A stretch of DNA of 64,000 nt from Amoeboaphelidium protococcarum X5 (Eukaryota > Fungi > Aphelidiomycota), in NCBI GenBank assembly GCA_023515725.1, contig JALDTO010000206.1, forward strand, positions 640,189 to 704,188, given 5' to 3'. Shown piece after piece: positions 1 through 13,508 of the stretch. The position numbers and the translations under genes are program-made. Within the stretch, counting starts at the first letter, position 1. Every line of letters begins with the position of its first letter. The notes below the pieces were generated by a model that was not told where the DNA came from, made no database searches, and was given only the letters and a program-made list of their open reading frames with translations.

Positions 1-879
<879 letters not shown>

Positions 880-1023
880 ATTAATAAAGTGAATGAAATT
901 GCAGATCCTCTTACTTTGCAAAAACGTTACGCGTAAAAAAAATCTAGACTATCATAGTACTATAAAAGTCAAAATATGAGAATTGCTGAAATTTTATAAA
1001 TTCACCTAAAACGAACACTGTAA

Positions 1024-1962
1024 TCATATGTCAAACTTGACTTTGGTCAACTCTTCACTCAAGTTCCAGAGTTTCTTGGCAACTTCCATGTCTTGACCAA
1101 CTGGCGCAGTCTTGGCCACAACTACGCCATTGCCGCGGAATTCTTTGAACCCATTCGGACCATAGTATTCACCTGGCTGGGCACCATCATCCACCGCTGC
1201 GTATATAGAAGGCAATGCTCCATTATCAGCTCCCTGCATAAACGGAATAAATGGCGAAATCAAGATTATCTGCCAGAAAGAGGCATTGCGACCCAGATTT
1301 GTCAGGCTAACTCCAGGATGAACAGAGCACACAACAAGCTTCTTTAAATCTTGACTCTCTGCGGCGCATCTCTGTAACTCCTTGGTGAACAAAATATTCG
1401 CTAGCTTAGAATTAGAATACACTGGCCATAGCGAGTACGATTTTTCACTCTGGAAATCTTCAAAGTCAATTTTACCATTCTGATGTGCCAGAGAGGAGAC
1501 ATTAACTACACGCGGAGCATCCGACTTCTTCAACAGAGGCAGCAACAGACCAGTAAGAGCAAAATGCCCCAAATGATTAGTACCAATAGTCAACTCGAAT
1601 CCATCCTTGGTTTACTCGCGAGTAGAGCCAGCCACCACACCAGCGTTATTAACCAGAATATCAACACGCGGATACTTGTGCTTCTCGCTGACATCAGTGA
1701 CGAACTAGCGCACACTATCCAGAGAGGCCAAGTCGAGACTACCAACTTGTACCTTATCAACATTACCAATCGCCTTCTTCATTTCATCCACAGCCTCAAC
1801 TCCTTTCTTTTCAGACCTTACGGCCAGCAGCACGTTAGCACCCTTCCTAGCAAGCTCCAGCGCAGTATAATAACCCAAACCTTTCACGCTGGCACCGGTC
1901 ACAATAACATACTTATCGCTCAAATCTGGAATATCACTCAATTTCCAATCTTCTGGTTTCAT
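1024..1962 (-). CDS. Short-chain dehydrogenase/reductase (retinol-DH/WWOX-like), 312 aa
   Basis: [34 protein letters not shown] (YxxxK). Track ORFs 1705-1962 and 1024-1593 join through in-frame TAR; ends in TGA. Confidence 0.93.
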
Positions 1963-1974
1963 TATGATTAAAAT

Positions 1975-2241
1975 GCTGATGTTGTTCGTTAATTGTTAAA
2001 ACCAAACTGGAATAGATTGAATCAGAAAAGCTTATCAGAGCCTACGCGCCTCAGTTTGAGGGCTGATGACGTAATAATAATGGGAAAGTAAGTAATCAAA
2101 GTAAAACAATTGGCATTAAATTATGAACACTTTTCATCGTGCTCAGATTGAGAACTGAACTTTAGTTAAATCCTCTGACAAATCCCACAACTTCTTTGCA
2201 TAGTCGGCATTCTCAGCGTCCGCAGTAGGCTTTTCCTTCTT
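1975..2241. repeat. Direct repeat copy R1 (intergenic DNA plus last ~33 codons of the second SDR), imperfect copy of ~4660-4918
   Basis: Shared sequence attgaatcagaaaagcttatca...tgatgacgtaataataatgggaaagtaagtaatcaaagtaaaacaatt...gctcagattgagaactgaactttagtta...cttctttgcatagtcggcattctcagcgtc at both loci. Confidence 0.9.
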
Positions 2242-4201
2242 CCGCACCACGAAACTCTCAATTCCCTTAGTCAAACACACGAAACAGATCGTGGATGACA
2301 TAGGCTCAGGTACAACTACCACTTGGGCATACTCATTCAACAGATGAACAAATTACCGCAGAGGGGTACTACCGATTTAGACCAGACTGCTCCAATACAT
2401 AGGATTCATAAAGGATCAGATAATTCTAGCGATTCGCTTGATCCAGCTTTCCACCACTCAAAGGCAGAAGGGTTCTGATATAAATCAAGTGCAACACTTT
2501 CATTTATGTGGTAGAGTTCAGTTTGCAAGTCAGCACCTATTCAGTCGAGTGATATTCGCGCATCGCTACAAATCTTCCAAAATATAGAGCCAGTCGGTTC
2601 TAGAGAACATTTAAATCAACAGTCTTAACGCCGCGAGCAAACTCCCGACTTTACAATGCATGTCTTTAGACAGCAACATCAGGCGACAGAATATTTTGCA
2701 CATAACGTGTTTTACTAATTACGACACGGACAGACTACTCATAATGAATCTAGCTTATAGGCAATACTACTACTCTATCAATGGCATGCAGGAAGCTATC
2801 CAATTATTCAACCCTGCATCACAGCCAATCTTGATGGCATTTTCGTAATTTATGATCCGAGGGACGTCAAATTGAATAGATTACCAGGACCTTGGCCGAT
2901 CCATATAAAATAGGAAATCACGATATACTCTGCGAAACCCATCTTCAATATGCTAAACATATTCTTGAGCGTTGCCAGCCTCCAACTCGCCATCATCTGC
3001 ATCATCAAACTCAAAATCGCCATTATCGCCATTAAGTTCATCTTAATCTAAGCCTTCGTACACGTTAACACCTTCACCATTATTAACCAGATCAACTCGA
3101 TCGACATCAATACAATTCATTACGCTATTCTATTTAGGAGCATATTCTTCAGGACATTTAAAAACATACTAGACTTGACAAGAATCAGTCCTTAACGCCC
3201 AAGGCTGGCCTTTATAATTTGAAATGTACTTGACGCAATCTCCTATTCTCTAGCCAGGGACCAAACATTTCATCAGCTTATAATCACTGATAGATAAGAA
3301 AGGTACGTTAGCCGAGACGACAGGCAATATGGAGCAAGACTTGACATTGCAATGATTGAGTAGCTTGGTACAATGATGAAACAGTTTCAAGTAGACAAAC
3401 CAAAACTTCTTGAATGCTCTTATTCTATAGATAGGATAATACACGCCGACGCGCACAGCATTTTTCAACTTCAACTCAGCGATTACTTCTTTAACCATTG
3501 TACAGAAAGGACGCACGATATTCTTCAATTCAGCCAGATCATTCTATAGAGCTGCTTGATTGGCTTTCAAACAGTAATTAAAATCCTCTTGATCCTACAA
3601 CAACTCATCTTAAACTTCCTATTCAGTCAGATTAACATCAGGATTCTATTCTGTCAAAACTCGCCCTCTCTCCACCTATCTGTAAACGATGCCTAACGTA
3701 CGTTTGATATGAATGCGCACTCTAACATTAGATTTACTCAATTTCACTGCCAGGGCACGCTTTACCATCTTTTTCAGATTCTTTTCTATATGCTCCTAAA
3801 ACGCTATCTCATATTAATTCGCAGCAGGTTCAAACACGTATTTGAAAAATATCCCATTCTCGCATTCAATGCGGTAGTCTGGTAAATCCAAAACTGCCTT
3901 CTAATGATTAACAAATTATTTTACCACATCAGACTCATGCAATCTACCAGGATAATTCGCAAACGCTCTAAAAAACTCTAATCATCTTGATATCCAACAG
4001 AGGGTAAAATCGATCCTTCTAGTTGGGATTCACGCTAAAAAAATTGACCACGTAATGCAAGATAGTAGTTGTAGCGAAAATTCAATGAACATATTGTCCC
4101 ATTACAGCCTTCTTCACGCGATCTAACCCCGGATGCAAATGCTCCATCCATAGTTCATCTAGAGAATCTTTAATAACAACAGTACGACAGTAATTCGGCA
4201 T
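2241..4201 (-). pseudogene. Decayed Fanzor1 (eukaryotic TnpB-family RuvC nuclease), C-terminally truncated
   Basis: ATG 4201 MPNYCRTVVIKDSL...; AANQYEIAFQEHIEKNLKKMVKR; SILPVVSANVPFLSI; LRTDSCQVQYVF; RuvC-I IKIGCDAGLNNWIAS (D at 2818-2820); GSTPLRQFVHLLNEYAQVVVVPEPMSSTICFVC (RuvC-II E at 2305-2307, then CxxC). Lesions: TGA at 4082-4084 and frameshifts near 3970, 2640-2740 and 2400. Confidence 0.75.
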
Positions 4202-4659
4202 TGTTTATTCTAAGTTTCTTTCAATAACTTTGTTCGATATGGAATCAAGATTCAGATGGCACAAACGCGTAACAAGTATCTTTGAGATTTCAACCGGTTT
4301 TAAATTTATCAACAATAAAATACTTGTTTTCACGCGCGACAGTATCAGAACTACTGTTAAATACTTTAAAATATGGAATATGTAATTTATTCAACATGGG
4401 GAATCCCGCTTGTGGGCACAGCCTTTAATGATATTTGGCAGTGTTGAGCTGACACCGTGTTGACGCATTTCAGTCACTCACTCGCTCTCTTTATCACACA
4501 AGAGTCGAAACAACTGTAAATATACTGTAAGAATTAATACAAAGTTAGTATGAGCTAGATGATGTATTTTATTCTCAAAGGCGAAGAGATAACACCTTTG
4601 AGATCATTCACATTTATCACTTTTCAACCTTAGACGATCCGTTTCAGTACACTCTCACA

Positions 4660-4918
4660 ATGCTATAGTTCGTTAGCTGTTTTAAATCAAAGTAGAATAT
4701 ATTGAATCAGAAAAGCTTATCATGGCAAGGCGCACTAGTTTGATGACGTAATAATAATGGGAAAGTAAGTAATCAAAGTAAAACAATTCGCATTAAATTA
4801 TGAAAACTTTTCATCGTGCTCAGATTGAGAACTGAACTTTAGTTAGTCCCTTCGACAATTCCCACAACTTCTTTGCATAGTCGGCATTCTCAGCGTCAGC
4901 AGTCGGCTTCTCCTTCTT
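4660..4918. repeat. Direct repeat copy R2 (overlaps the 3' end of the second SDR)
   Basis: See R1. Confidence 0.9.
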
Positions 4919-5755
4919 AACATTTTTGCCCCACAATTATTAAAAACCATCCGGACCATAATATTGTCCACTCTCCGCCAAGTCAGACGTGGCAGCAAAT
5001 AGTTGTGGTCTAGCCCCCTTTTCAGCCGATTAAGCGAAAAGAGCGTTAGACAATTTCTAACCAATCTACGGGATTCCAGTATTACTCTACAATTGCGTTG
5101 AACTGTAACCAGGATGACAAGCAGTTACAACAACATCCTTATTGGCCTCTGCAAATTTACGCGCCAGCTCCTTCGTAAACAGGATGTTGCACAACTTTGA
5201 GAATGAATAAGATCCCCATTGACTGTATGATTTTTCGGAGTGGCAGTTATCGAAATCAACTTTAGCACGCGTGTGCAAGAACGAACTCACATTAACAATG
5301 CGCGGCTTCTAGGCCTTCAAGATCAGCGGTAGAAGGTGAGCAGTGAGTGCAAAATGGCCCAAGTGATTAGTACCAAACTGCATCTCAAAGCCATCCTTAG
5401 TCTCGATGCGCTTTGGAAAGGCCATAACTCCGGCATTGTTCACCAGAATATCCACCTTGTCAAAATGGTGCTTATTCGCCACATCGTCAGTTGCAAACTT
5501 TTTCACACTCTCCAGCGAGGCCAGATCCAGATGTCCAACTTGAATCTTTTCACACTTGACACCTTCCTATTTTAACTATTGCAGAGCCTACTCAGCCTTC
5601 TCGGCAGATCTACATGCCATCAGCACATCAGCACCCTTGTTCGCGAGCACCTTCACAGTCTCATAGCCGAGGCCGCTGTTTCCTCCAGTCACGATAGCAT
5701 TCTTACCATCCAACGCAGGAATTTGATCAACACTCCACTACTGCTCAACAGTCAT
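4820..5755 (-). CDS. Short-chain dehydrogenase/reductase, paralogue of 1024-1962, 311 aa
   Basis: [54 protein letters not shown]; one open frame with TAR=Gln to TGA at 4820-4822. Confidence 0.92.
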
Positions 5756-6137
5756 TTTTTTTTGGAAAAAGAATTTGTGTTATTAATAATTGCTCAAACC
5801 ACGATAAATGGCTACGAAATAATGATGATGATGATGAAGGAGAGGTGAAATGAGGACGTTGGGATCTTCGCTCACAACAACAGGAGAGTCCCTGAAAATC
5901 ACGTAAGCTTCGACTGCGCCACTGCACTCGCTTTCACCGTTTTAAAGCTCCTTAGAGCAACAATGCAAGGACAAGGAGTTCTCTTCACACTCAGTTCGCC
6001 TTTTTCTCAAAATTTTGTTTCAACCATAAAATCTTTCTTTCATTCTTCTCTTTTTTACATTGACAGTCTCATTTATTGAATCTTATTATTATTCTAGGTA
6101 CAATATATATCACATAATTGAATACTATTAACACAGC

Positions 6138-8315
6138 ATGTCAAATAGTGGGAATGCACCGTACACTAAATTGAATATCATTGGCAAAGGATCGTATGGT
6201 GAGGTGTATAAGGGAATGAACACTAGGACTGGAGAGATTATTGCTATCAAGGTGATCAACTTGGAGTCTAAAGATTTTGTTGATGCAGACTTGTCAGAGA
6301 TATAGAAGGAGGTGCATGTTCTCAGTACCATCACTAGTGGAAGTAATTCTGTAACATAGCAGAATGCCGCCGGCTCAGAGTATATTGTGCGGTATCGAGA
6401 GTCTGTTCTAATGTCCTTTGAGTTGTGGATCATCATGGACCATGCAGGTGGTGGTTCAGTCAGAAATCTGTTGGAAATGGGGCCATTGGAAGAAAAGTAC
6501 ATTGCCTAAATTACAGTTGGAGTGTGTTATGCTCTCTCTTATCTGCATAGAATCGGTGTTGTTCATCGAGATATAAAGAGCGCCAATATATTACTCACTG
6601 AAGATGGATGTGTAAAGCTATGTGATTTTGGTGTTGCGGGTCAGATTACGGCCAGGCACATGAAGAGATTTAGTTTTGTTGGAAGTCCATTCTGGATGGC
6701 TCCGGAGGTCATCAAGCGATCAGCTTACAACTTTAAGGCTGATATTTGGTCACTGGGTATCACCGTTTATGAGATGGCTGAGCAGGTGCCTCCTTATGCT
6801 GATGTGGATCCAATGAAGGCGCTGTTTTTGATTCCTCGTAATCCGCCTGCCTAGTTGGAGGGAGATTAACATTCTAAGCCTCTGAAAGAATTTGTATCTG
6901 CCTGTTTGAATGATGACCCAGAGCTACGACCAACAGCTGATGATTTGCTCAAATTGAAGTTTGTAAAGTCTTAAACTAAGCGTAAGCTACCAGGTTTGAG
7001 TAGTGTCACGTCTAATAACAGCGGAAGTGGTCAAAATAGTGGTGCAAATGCCGAACTGGCTGAACTGATTGTGGAATATAGAAAATGGAAGTTGGAGAAT
7101 CAAGAGCCTGATATTACAGCTGGTGCAAACGATTCTTAGTAACCTGAAGATGGCGATTATGATGATGCCTAGTAATCTCAAGATGCGCAGATAGAGCCGT
7201 GGTCATTTGATACCATAAAGTCAACTTTGAATAGGCCTAGGAATTCTCAATAAAATTTCGAAAGTAATGACAAGCGGTACGAAACTGTACTTTAGTTATC
7301 TTAATAGAATTCAACCTCATCTCATGCTGTCTTGCTAGATAGACCAGAAAGAATTCAGTCTTTCTATGAAGATCCTGATGCTGATGACACCATTGATCCT
7401 AGTGCTTTGATTGTGAATAATGACTCTGTACATATTGAATGGGCTCAGGATGGTATAGTCATTACGCGAAAGAACCCAGGTAGTCACAAAAATATTTCAT
7501 CTGATGAAGATGATAACTCTGTTAATAGTGCAGACTCGTAGGTGACTCCGAAGCGGGTCGCACTTACTGAGCTTTCGCGGTTGAAAAGTCTCTCTGGCTC
7601 TACAGATAGTTCACAGCTCTTGGTGGATCCCAACGCGTACTCTGGAGCGGGCTTTGAAGATCCTCTGCGCCTTCCTAGTGATGTCGTTGATACTACGTAC
7701 GCCAATCTCTAACAAATCAAGTCTCCTGTTGATTACAATGGGATCAAATCACCAGGGGAGTACAATTCGTCATCCAGTCACTCAAATTCCACTTTCAGCG
7801 ATGTTAAAGCAAGGCTACCTGTCAGTATAGCCGTGGATCTGGATAAGTAGCAATAGGCGCAATAGTAAAAATCCTTCTCTACTGGATCACCTGATTTATC
7901 AAATCATTTGCACAAGTTTAAGCGTTAATAACGGCAGAAGAGAGGATTGCCTTCACAGTAGAATAGAATATCATCTCTGCAAGTGCCACTGAAAACTGAT
8001 ACAACGTCGTCTTCTGATCATCAGAAATACGTTGATACGAGTCCGATGGATATTAGAAGACGAATATTGAGCAACTCTCATTTTGTCGCGCCTTAGAGTC
8101 TTTTGAAAATTGAAGGGAAAGATGGGAACAATATTGAGTACTTGCATGCTCTTATGCGTGATCCTCTCATCAAACCACCACGAATTGAGAAAATTTAAAA
8201 CGATGATGTGGTGAAAGTATCAGAGATGCTCCAAGACACGTTTGTACATGGCGAGTAGTGGGCCTCGAGTCTGAAAATTATTCTGTAGTTGTAGCAATCA
8301 TAACAACGCTCATGA
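6138..8315 (+). CDS. STE20/GCK-family Ser/Thr kinase (Kic1/Nak1-like), ~725 aa
   Basis: [51 protein letters not shown] at the N-terminus; long low-complexity C-terminus. Confidence 0.92.
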
Positions 8316-8618
8316 ATTTGATATTCTATTAAACATTTGTCTCTCTACAGTACATTGAAAATATGGTGTCATTTTTACTTGCACAATCACCTCCATCAAA
8401 CTCCACCGAGACTGTCGAACTCAACACAGAAATGTGCGCGCGCGATTCTGTTTCAACTTTTTAAAACTTTCCAAAGAACTGCTCACCGATTCCTCTCCAT
8501 CCGTTCATCTGTTGGTATAGCTATTATCAATATTACTTTATCGGAATCGCTTTAGTATTACGTCTGAGCGATCAACTTCTAGTACTTATAATCTGAAAGC
8601 GAACATTTTAATAAGACG

Positions 8619-10313
8619 ATGGAGACTAGAAAGAGAAGAAGCGGGCGCTTTAATCCTCATACTCCAGTGAAGCCATCCCCTCTGAATACTGAGCTGTACA
8701 ATTCAACGGTGGATTTCGGATTTGAAGAGTCTGCCGAATTTGACAAGAGCCGCGATGATGCTGACAATGTATTTATGCCGCCCAAGTAGAGCAGTACGTC
8801 TTCTTCTTCGCTGCGTCTGTTGCATCATGCTGATGGTGGTGGTGCTGGTGGCTAATCCGGCCTGGCGAATTCCATTATGAGCCCATTCAAGTAGGGAGTT
8901 GAGATGTTTTTGCAGTCTCCTGGTCCACAGGCGATTCATAAACGATTGAAGCAATCTTTTGTAGGTGGTGGCTCTTCTGATGCTCCACCTGCTGCCAGGA
9001 GTCAACGCTCTGCAAACTTGCGTCTGAATTTTGGCGATGCATAAGGATCTGCTGCATCTCACTCATCTCGCTAATCGTCTAATACAAAGGGGAAACATTC
9101 AGGTTTATCGTTAAAATCTGATAAGAGTGTTCGACCAACTTTGGATAAATGGCTCGTTGCAGCTCAAGATTAGCTAATGTAAATGGTTTAGAAGTTGGAA
9201 TCTGGTGTGAATTACACTTAATAGTTTTTGCGCAATTATGGTAAGGTTGTTGGTCAAATTCTGGCTCTATCTGCGGCCATACTTGCCTTAATGTTCCTAG
9301 CTCGATATCTGGTTAATTCTATCGTTGGTGAGTTGGAAAGTTTTGAGCCGCACTCTTAGACATCTTCTGCTGATACTAATGGACTACCTGGTGACCAGTA
9401 CATTCAGCATGAAGATTATGCGTTTCCATCTGAGTAAATGCCATCACCGTAAGAGGAAGAGTCTAATGAGCTTGAGCTATTTCAAAGAGATTCTGACTCA
9501 GTGCCTTTAAAATATCTAACTTTGGCTGTGAATAAATTATTTAATGATAGAATGCAAGAGCTGGAGATGAAGATCAGGGCCAAGTAAACTATATTTGATG
9601 TCAAGGAGACTGCTGACTATGCTCTACTTAGTGGTGGGGCATCAGTTGTGAAGGAACTGACATCGAAAACTGTTATTGATAATAGATTGCTGCAAGAGTA
9701 TCAACTATCAAAGACCAAGTGGGCACTGTTAAAGAGAATGCTTGGATTTGAACATTAATCAGCTGAAGGTATCAAATCCTAGATCAATTCATGGCTGAAT
9801 CTACACGGCCCCAATATTGCTCTGTCTTCTGATATTGAGGCCGGCAAGTGTTGGATGATGAGAATGGTGAATGGTAGAGGTCAACTTACTATTCAGTTAT
9901 CGCAACCGATTATGCCAGTCTCTTTCAGCGTGGAGCATATTTTTAAAGAAGTTGCTCTCAAGGGCGATATATCCGATGCACCAAAGTCTATCCAAGTATT
10001 TGGCCTATTTTAAGATCCCGCTGCTGCTCATTAAAACTATATCTCTTTGCATTAGAAAGCTGAGCTGTTAGCCTCGATTGAGTTGAAGGAAGAACATCTG
10101 AGTCAGGATTATGTAAAGAGTGACGCTGAGAGTATCAAGTTTCATGACAGTTTGATTAGTCGAACATTCACATTTGATGCCAATATCTCAGACGATCTAC
10201 GTGCTTAAATCAATTAAATTGGAGGCTTGAAGTATATACAGTTTCGTATACAGTCCAATTTTGGGAATCCTCAGAAGAGCTGTATTTACAGATTGCGCGT
10301 TCATGGACATTGA
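8619..10313 (+). CDS. SUN-domain (Sad1/UNC-84) nuclear envelope protein, 564 aa
   Basis: One hydrophobic segment (~9250-9320); C-terminal DYALLSGGASVV...AGKCWMM...GQLTIQLSQPI...SVEHI...DAPKSIQVFG...SNFGNPQKSCIYRLRVHG. Confidence 0.9.
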
Positions 10314-11255
10314 TTGAGCTTGTATTTTGAAGGTGATATAATTAGTGGAGTATGCATGAGCACATATTGTTGAATTGAATAAAGATAAGCTGGTTGCTGA
10401 CTATAGAACTTTCTGATCGGTCAAATTTTGTTTAGATTCCACAGATTGTAACAATAAAATCAATGACTTTTTCAAGAGCTTCCGGATGATGGTAATTCTC
10501 ACGAAACCAACGATTTTGTATACACCGGTACTGATAATACAGTCTGTGACCGTAAAGATAATGAACCAAGTTAGAGAGCTAGCAAAGACAGCATACAAAT
10601 TCGTTCACTTGCCAGACGCTTGACATCAGCTCTCTAAAAGTCCGCGTCAGTGCGTCGTGACATATTATCAGCCACGATCAGCTAATTCCCTTGTGAGTTT
10701 AGGTAGCTGTAGGAAGATTGATTGCGGCAGTCAAGTTACGAATATCATCGCAGCTGAGCCACTTGACACTGTACTCGCCAAATGTCTTGACCAAAAAAGG
10801 ATTCGAAGGATAGATCTTACATATATGAAATACCTTGAAACTGAGTCGTTGATAAGGTATACAGTAATTATTATGTACGCGCTGCTGTATACACGGTTAT
10901 GATGTTACCGTATACTTTTCAGTATTGACATAGTGAGTTTAAGTGTTTAAATAAATTTTCATCCGGGAGTAATATTCCATGACCTGTCTGACAGCTGTGT
11001 CTTTTAGAACGGCGGCTCCCGTATCTCTGCGCGCTCTCATGCATCTCACAGTCATGCGTTACTGTTGATGTAACCAACTGTACAGGGTTTTACATATATG
11101 TATATATATGATTGCCATGGAACATGACCACACCTTCCGGACGACTCTCTTGATATAAGTACACCTGAATTCATGATGATCTACATCCGCCCGCTGCTTA
11201 AATGGTTTTTCTCATTCTAATAGCAGAAGCATAGCAGTCAATATCAATCACGCTC

Positions 11256-11276
11256 CCAATCAGAGTGTTATCCAAT
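11256..11276 (+). promoter_or_regulatory. Twin CCAAT boxes 16 nt apart upstream of nuclease-kinase copy 1
   Basis: CCAAT at 11256 and 11272. The same 16-nt-spaced pair lies upstream of copy 2 (17210/17226) and copy 3 (20712/20728). Confidence 0.5.
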
Positions 11277-11380
11277 CACGGTTTACATTACGCTTTAGAC
11301 GCTTTGGCTGGTTTTTATTACTTCATAATCGTTGATATAAAAAAGCTCACTAAAGCTTTACTTTAGTTATAGCAATCAAA

Positions 11381-13114
11381 ATGAGTAAAGAGTCTGATAT
11401 TGTTGTATCCGAGGGTGATTTAAACTTTGATTATCCAAATGCTAGAGAGCATGCAGGATATCAAAGTGCATCTGGAAGCTCATGTGTTGGTAGTGGTATT
11501 GCTGCTGCAATGGTCCTCTGTGTTGATCTGATTTTAAGTGGTGAAAAGCATCTTTTGAGATATTCGAGCGATATTGACAGTAAGAGAATCAGTTAGATTG
11601 CTGAGCTGGTGCGCGTAAAATTGATGGATTTCGACCAACTTCCTTTAGACTCGGATGGAAATAGCACGTAGGAGCATGTGAAATAATTGCTACAATACGC
11701 GACTGATCAGGTTCAAGTAACGCCTAACAGTTATGAGTGGAAGTATAATGTGGAGATGCCACCGAGTGTTGCCGGGCATTAAAAGTAGAATGTGCAAGAC
11801 AGCTATATGATGAGTAGGATATTTTGGCCTCGTTCAAGCATCTTTAACTTTATGCTATCAAGAAGAGCCGGTGTTGAATCAGTTATCGGTCCTCTAGCAT
11901 AATGTAAGCCGGATAGTGAATTGTCCAAGAAGCTGGATTAATATACTCTGCAAGCTGGGCTGAATGGTATCGGTTTTCTGCAGCGCGTATTTCCTATGCT
12001 ACCAAGCCAGGATATCAGTAGTATATTCGGACAGGAGTGGTATGTTTATGTGCCGCTGATGTCTCATAAAAGCCTATACATCTTGCGCATAGATTTACAT
12101 GACATTTATAGCAGTGGCAAAATTATCATATTTAGGTCTGATCCTCTCTAAGGCGCGGAAATGGCTCGTTGGCTGACGGTCTGGATAACGTGGGCTATCG
12201 GAGTCTATGATCAGTTATTGAAACGTGTAAATTAGCTGAATTAACCAGTTGCCTAGTATTGCTGGATTCCGCCTCATCTCTTATCTCGTAAATTTCCACA
12301 GGTGAACCTGTTCAAGTTGGTAGCTCGTCCATCATTCTACAATCCTATATATATTGAGCTGAATGATGAGAATGATAAGGATTCTGCAGATGTTAAAGTA
12401 GATGGATACGTTTATAAATTATACAGTACATGGACTGCGAATTCAGTTTCTGTTAGAAACAAAATTTTAAATGACGGGTAGTTGTGTCAGGGGTGGGTTT
12501 TTGATGGCGCTGTTTTAAAGATGCCCTATTATCACCGTGGCGATTTGTATCAAACCCCTCCTCATGATTTTAAGAAGCTAGTGGACGTGGTACTGTAAGT
12601 TTTAAATATATTGACGCATCTTCAAGAGAAGCATCAACTTTGCCATTGCGACATTAGAGCCCCAAATATTTGCTGGTATACTGAGAACTCTGTTACGTTA
12701 ATTGATTATGATTTGGCCTCGGACATTGGCTCCGCCTCGCCAAAGGACAGAGACGCTCGTGATAATGCTCCTGAATAAGTCGTGTACGTAAATCACGATT
12801 TGTGGCTTCTTGGCGTTATGATACTTTAACTTACATCTGATTACTTTACCTGGGACTTGATTGTTTCGCATCGGAATGAATTAGTAACGCTATTTAAAAA
12901 CTGGAAGCAATAATAAAGCCAGAATCAGGATAGGGCGCCTGCTGAACCATAGTTTCATCCTTTTGATTTTACCTCTATTGAGTGGAAGGAGACATTTGTG
13001 CCGTATGTGAACCAATTGCAATTCATAATTGAGAAATGCTTGTAGTTGCACAATCGTCGCTGGTAGATGGATGAGTTAAAAACTCACCTGGAATCCTTGA
13101 AGCAGAACATCTGA
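11381..13114 (+). CDS. Crinkler-type REase-fold + protein kinase fusion, copy 1 (nuclease motif degenerate), 577 aa
   Basis: Open frame with TAR=Gln. FNFMLS...GPLAQCKP corresponds to PDFVLS...GPLVEVKK in copy 2. Kinase motifs YVYKLY, HCDIRAPNI, LIDYDLA, DLWLLG. Confidence 0.8.
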
Positions 13115-13508
13115 TCACTGGACTTTAATTGCATGTAATGAATTGACTGTATTACTGGTATGAATAAATTGCATTTTAATATCAAAATCATCTATCTTTA
13201 TTAACTATGGAGTAGATTTAATAATGTTGTAACGACAGGTTAGCAAAACAGCTATCTAATTCTATCATTAATTTTAAAATCTCTCGCCTGTTATTTCCTA
13301 TTTGATTGATTATCTGTGGGTTTGTGCAGCATAAGAAGATTAGTTCAATTAGTGCCTCATAATAATTTGCCAGCGATAAATTAGAATTTAATAACTTAAG
13401 TATGATGTTTACTCCTGCGTCACACTTTGAGATTGTTTTAATAGTAATCTCAGAAATGGCTTAATAAGAAACGTCCAAGCGTAATATTCTGATGTAAAAA
13501 TAAGATTC

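Larger units (their letters stand above)
11166..13203. repeat. Left arm of a ~2-kb inverted duplication (partner ~18800-20821)
   Basis: Upstream DNA, CDS and 3' flank match the reverse complement of 18800-20821. Confidence 0.9.

Noticed and set aside
1975-2240. Fanzor omegaRNA downstream of the nuclease remnant
   Set aside because: This DNA is a copy of the host SDR 3' end and intergenic region; the native Fanzor 3' end is missing
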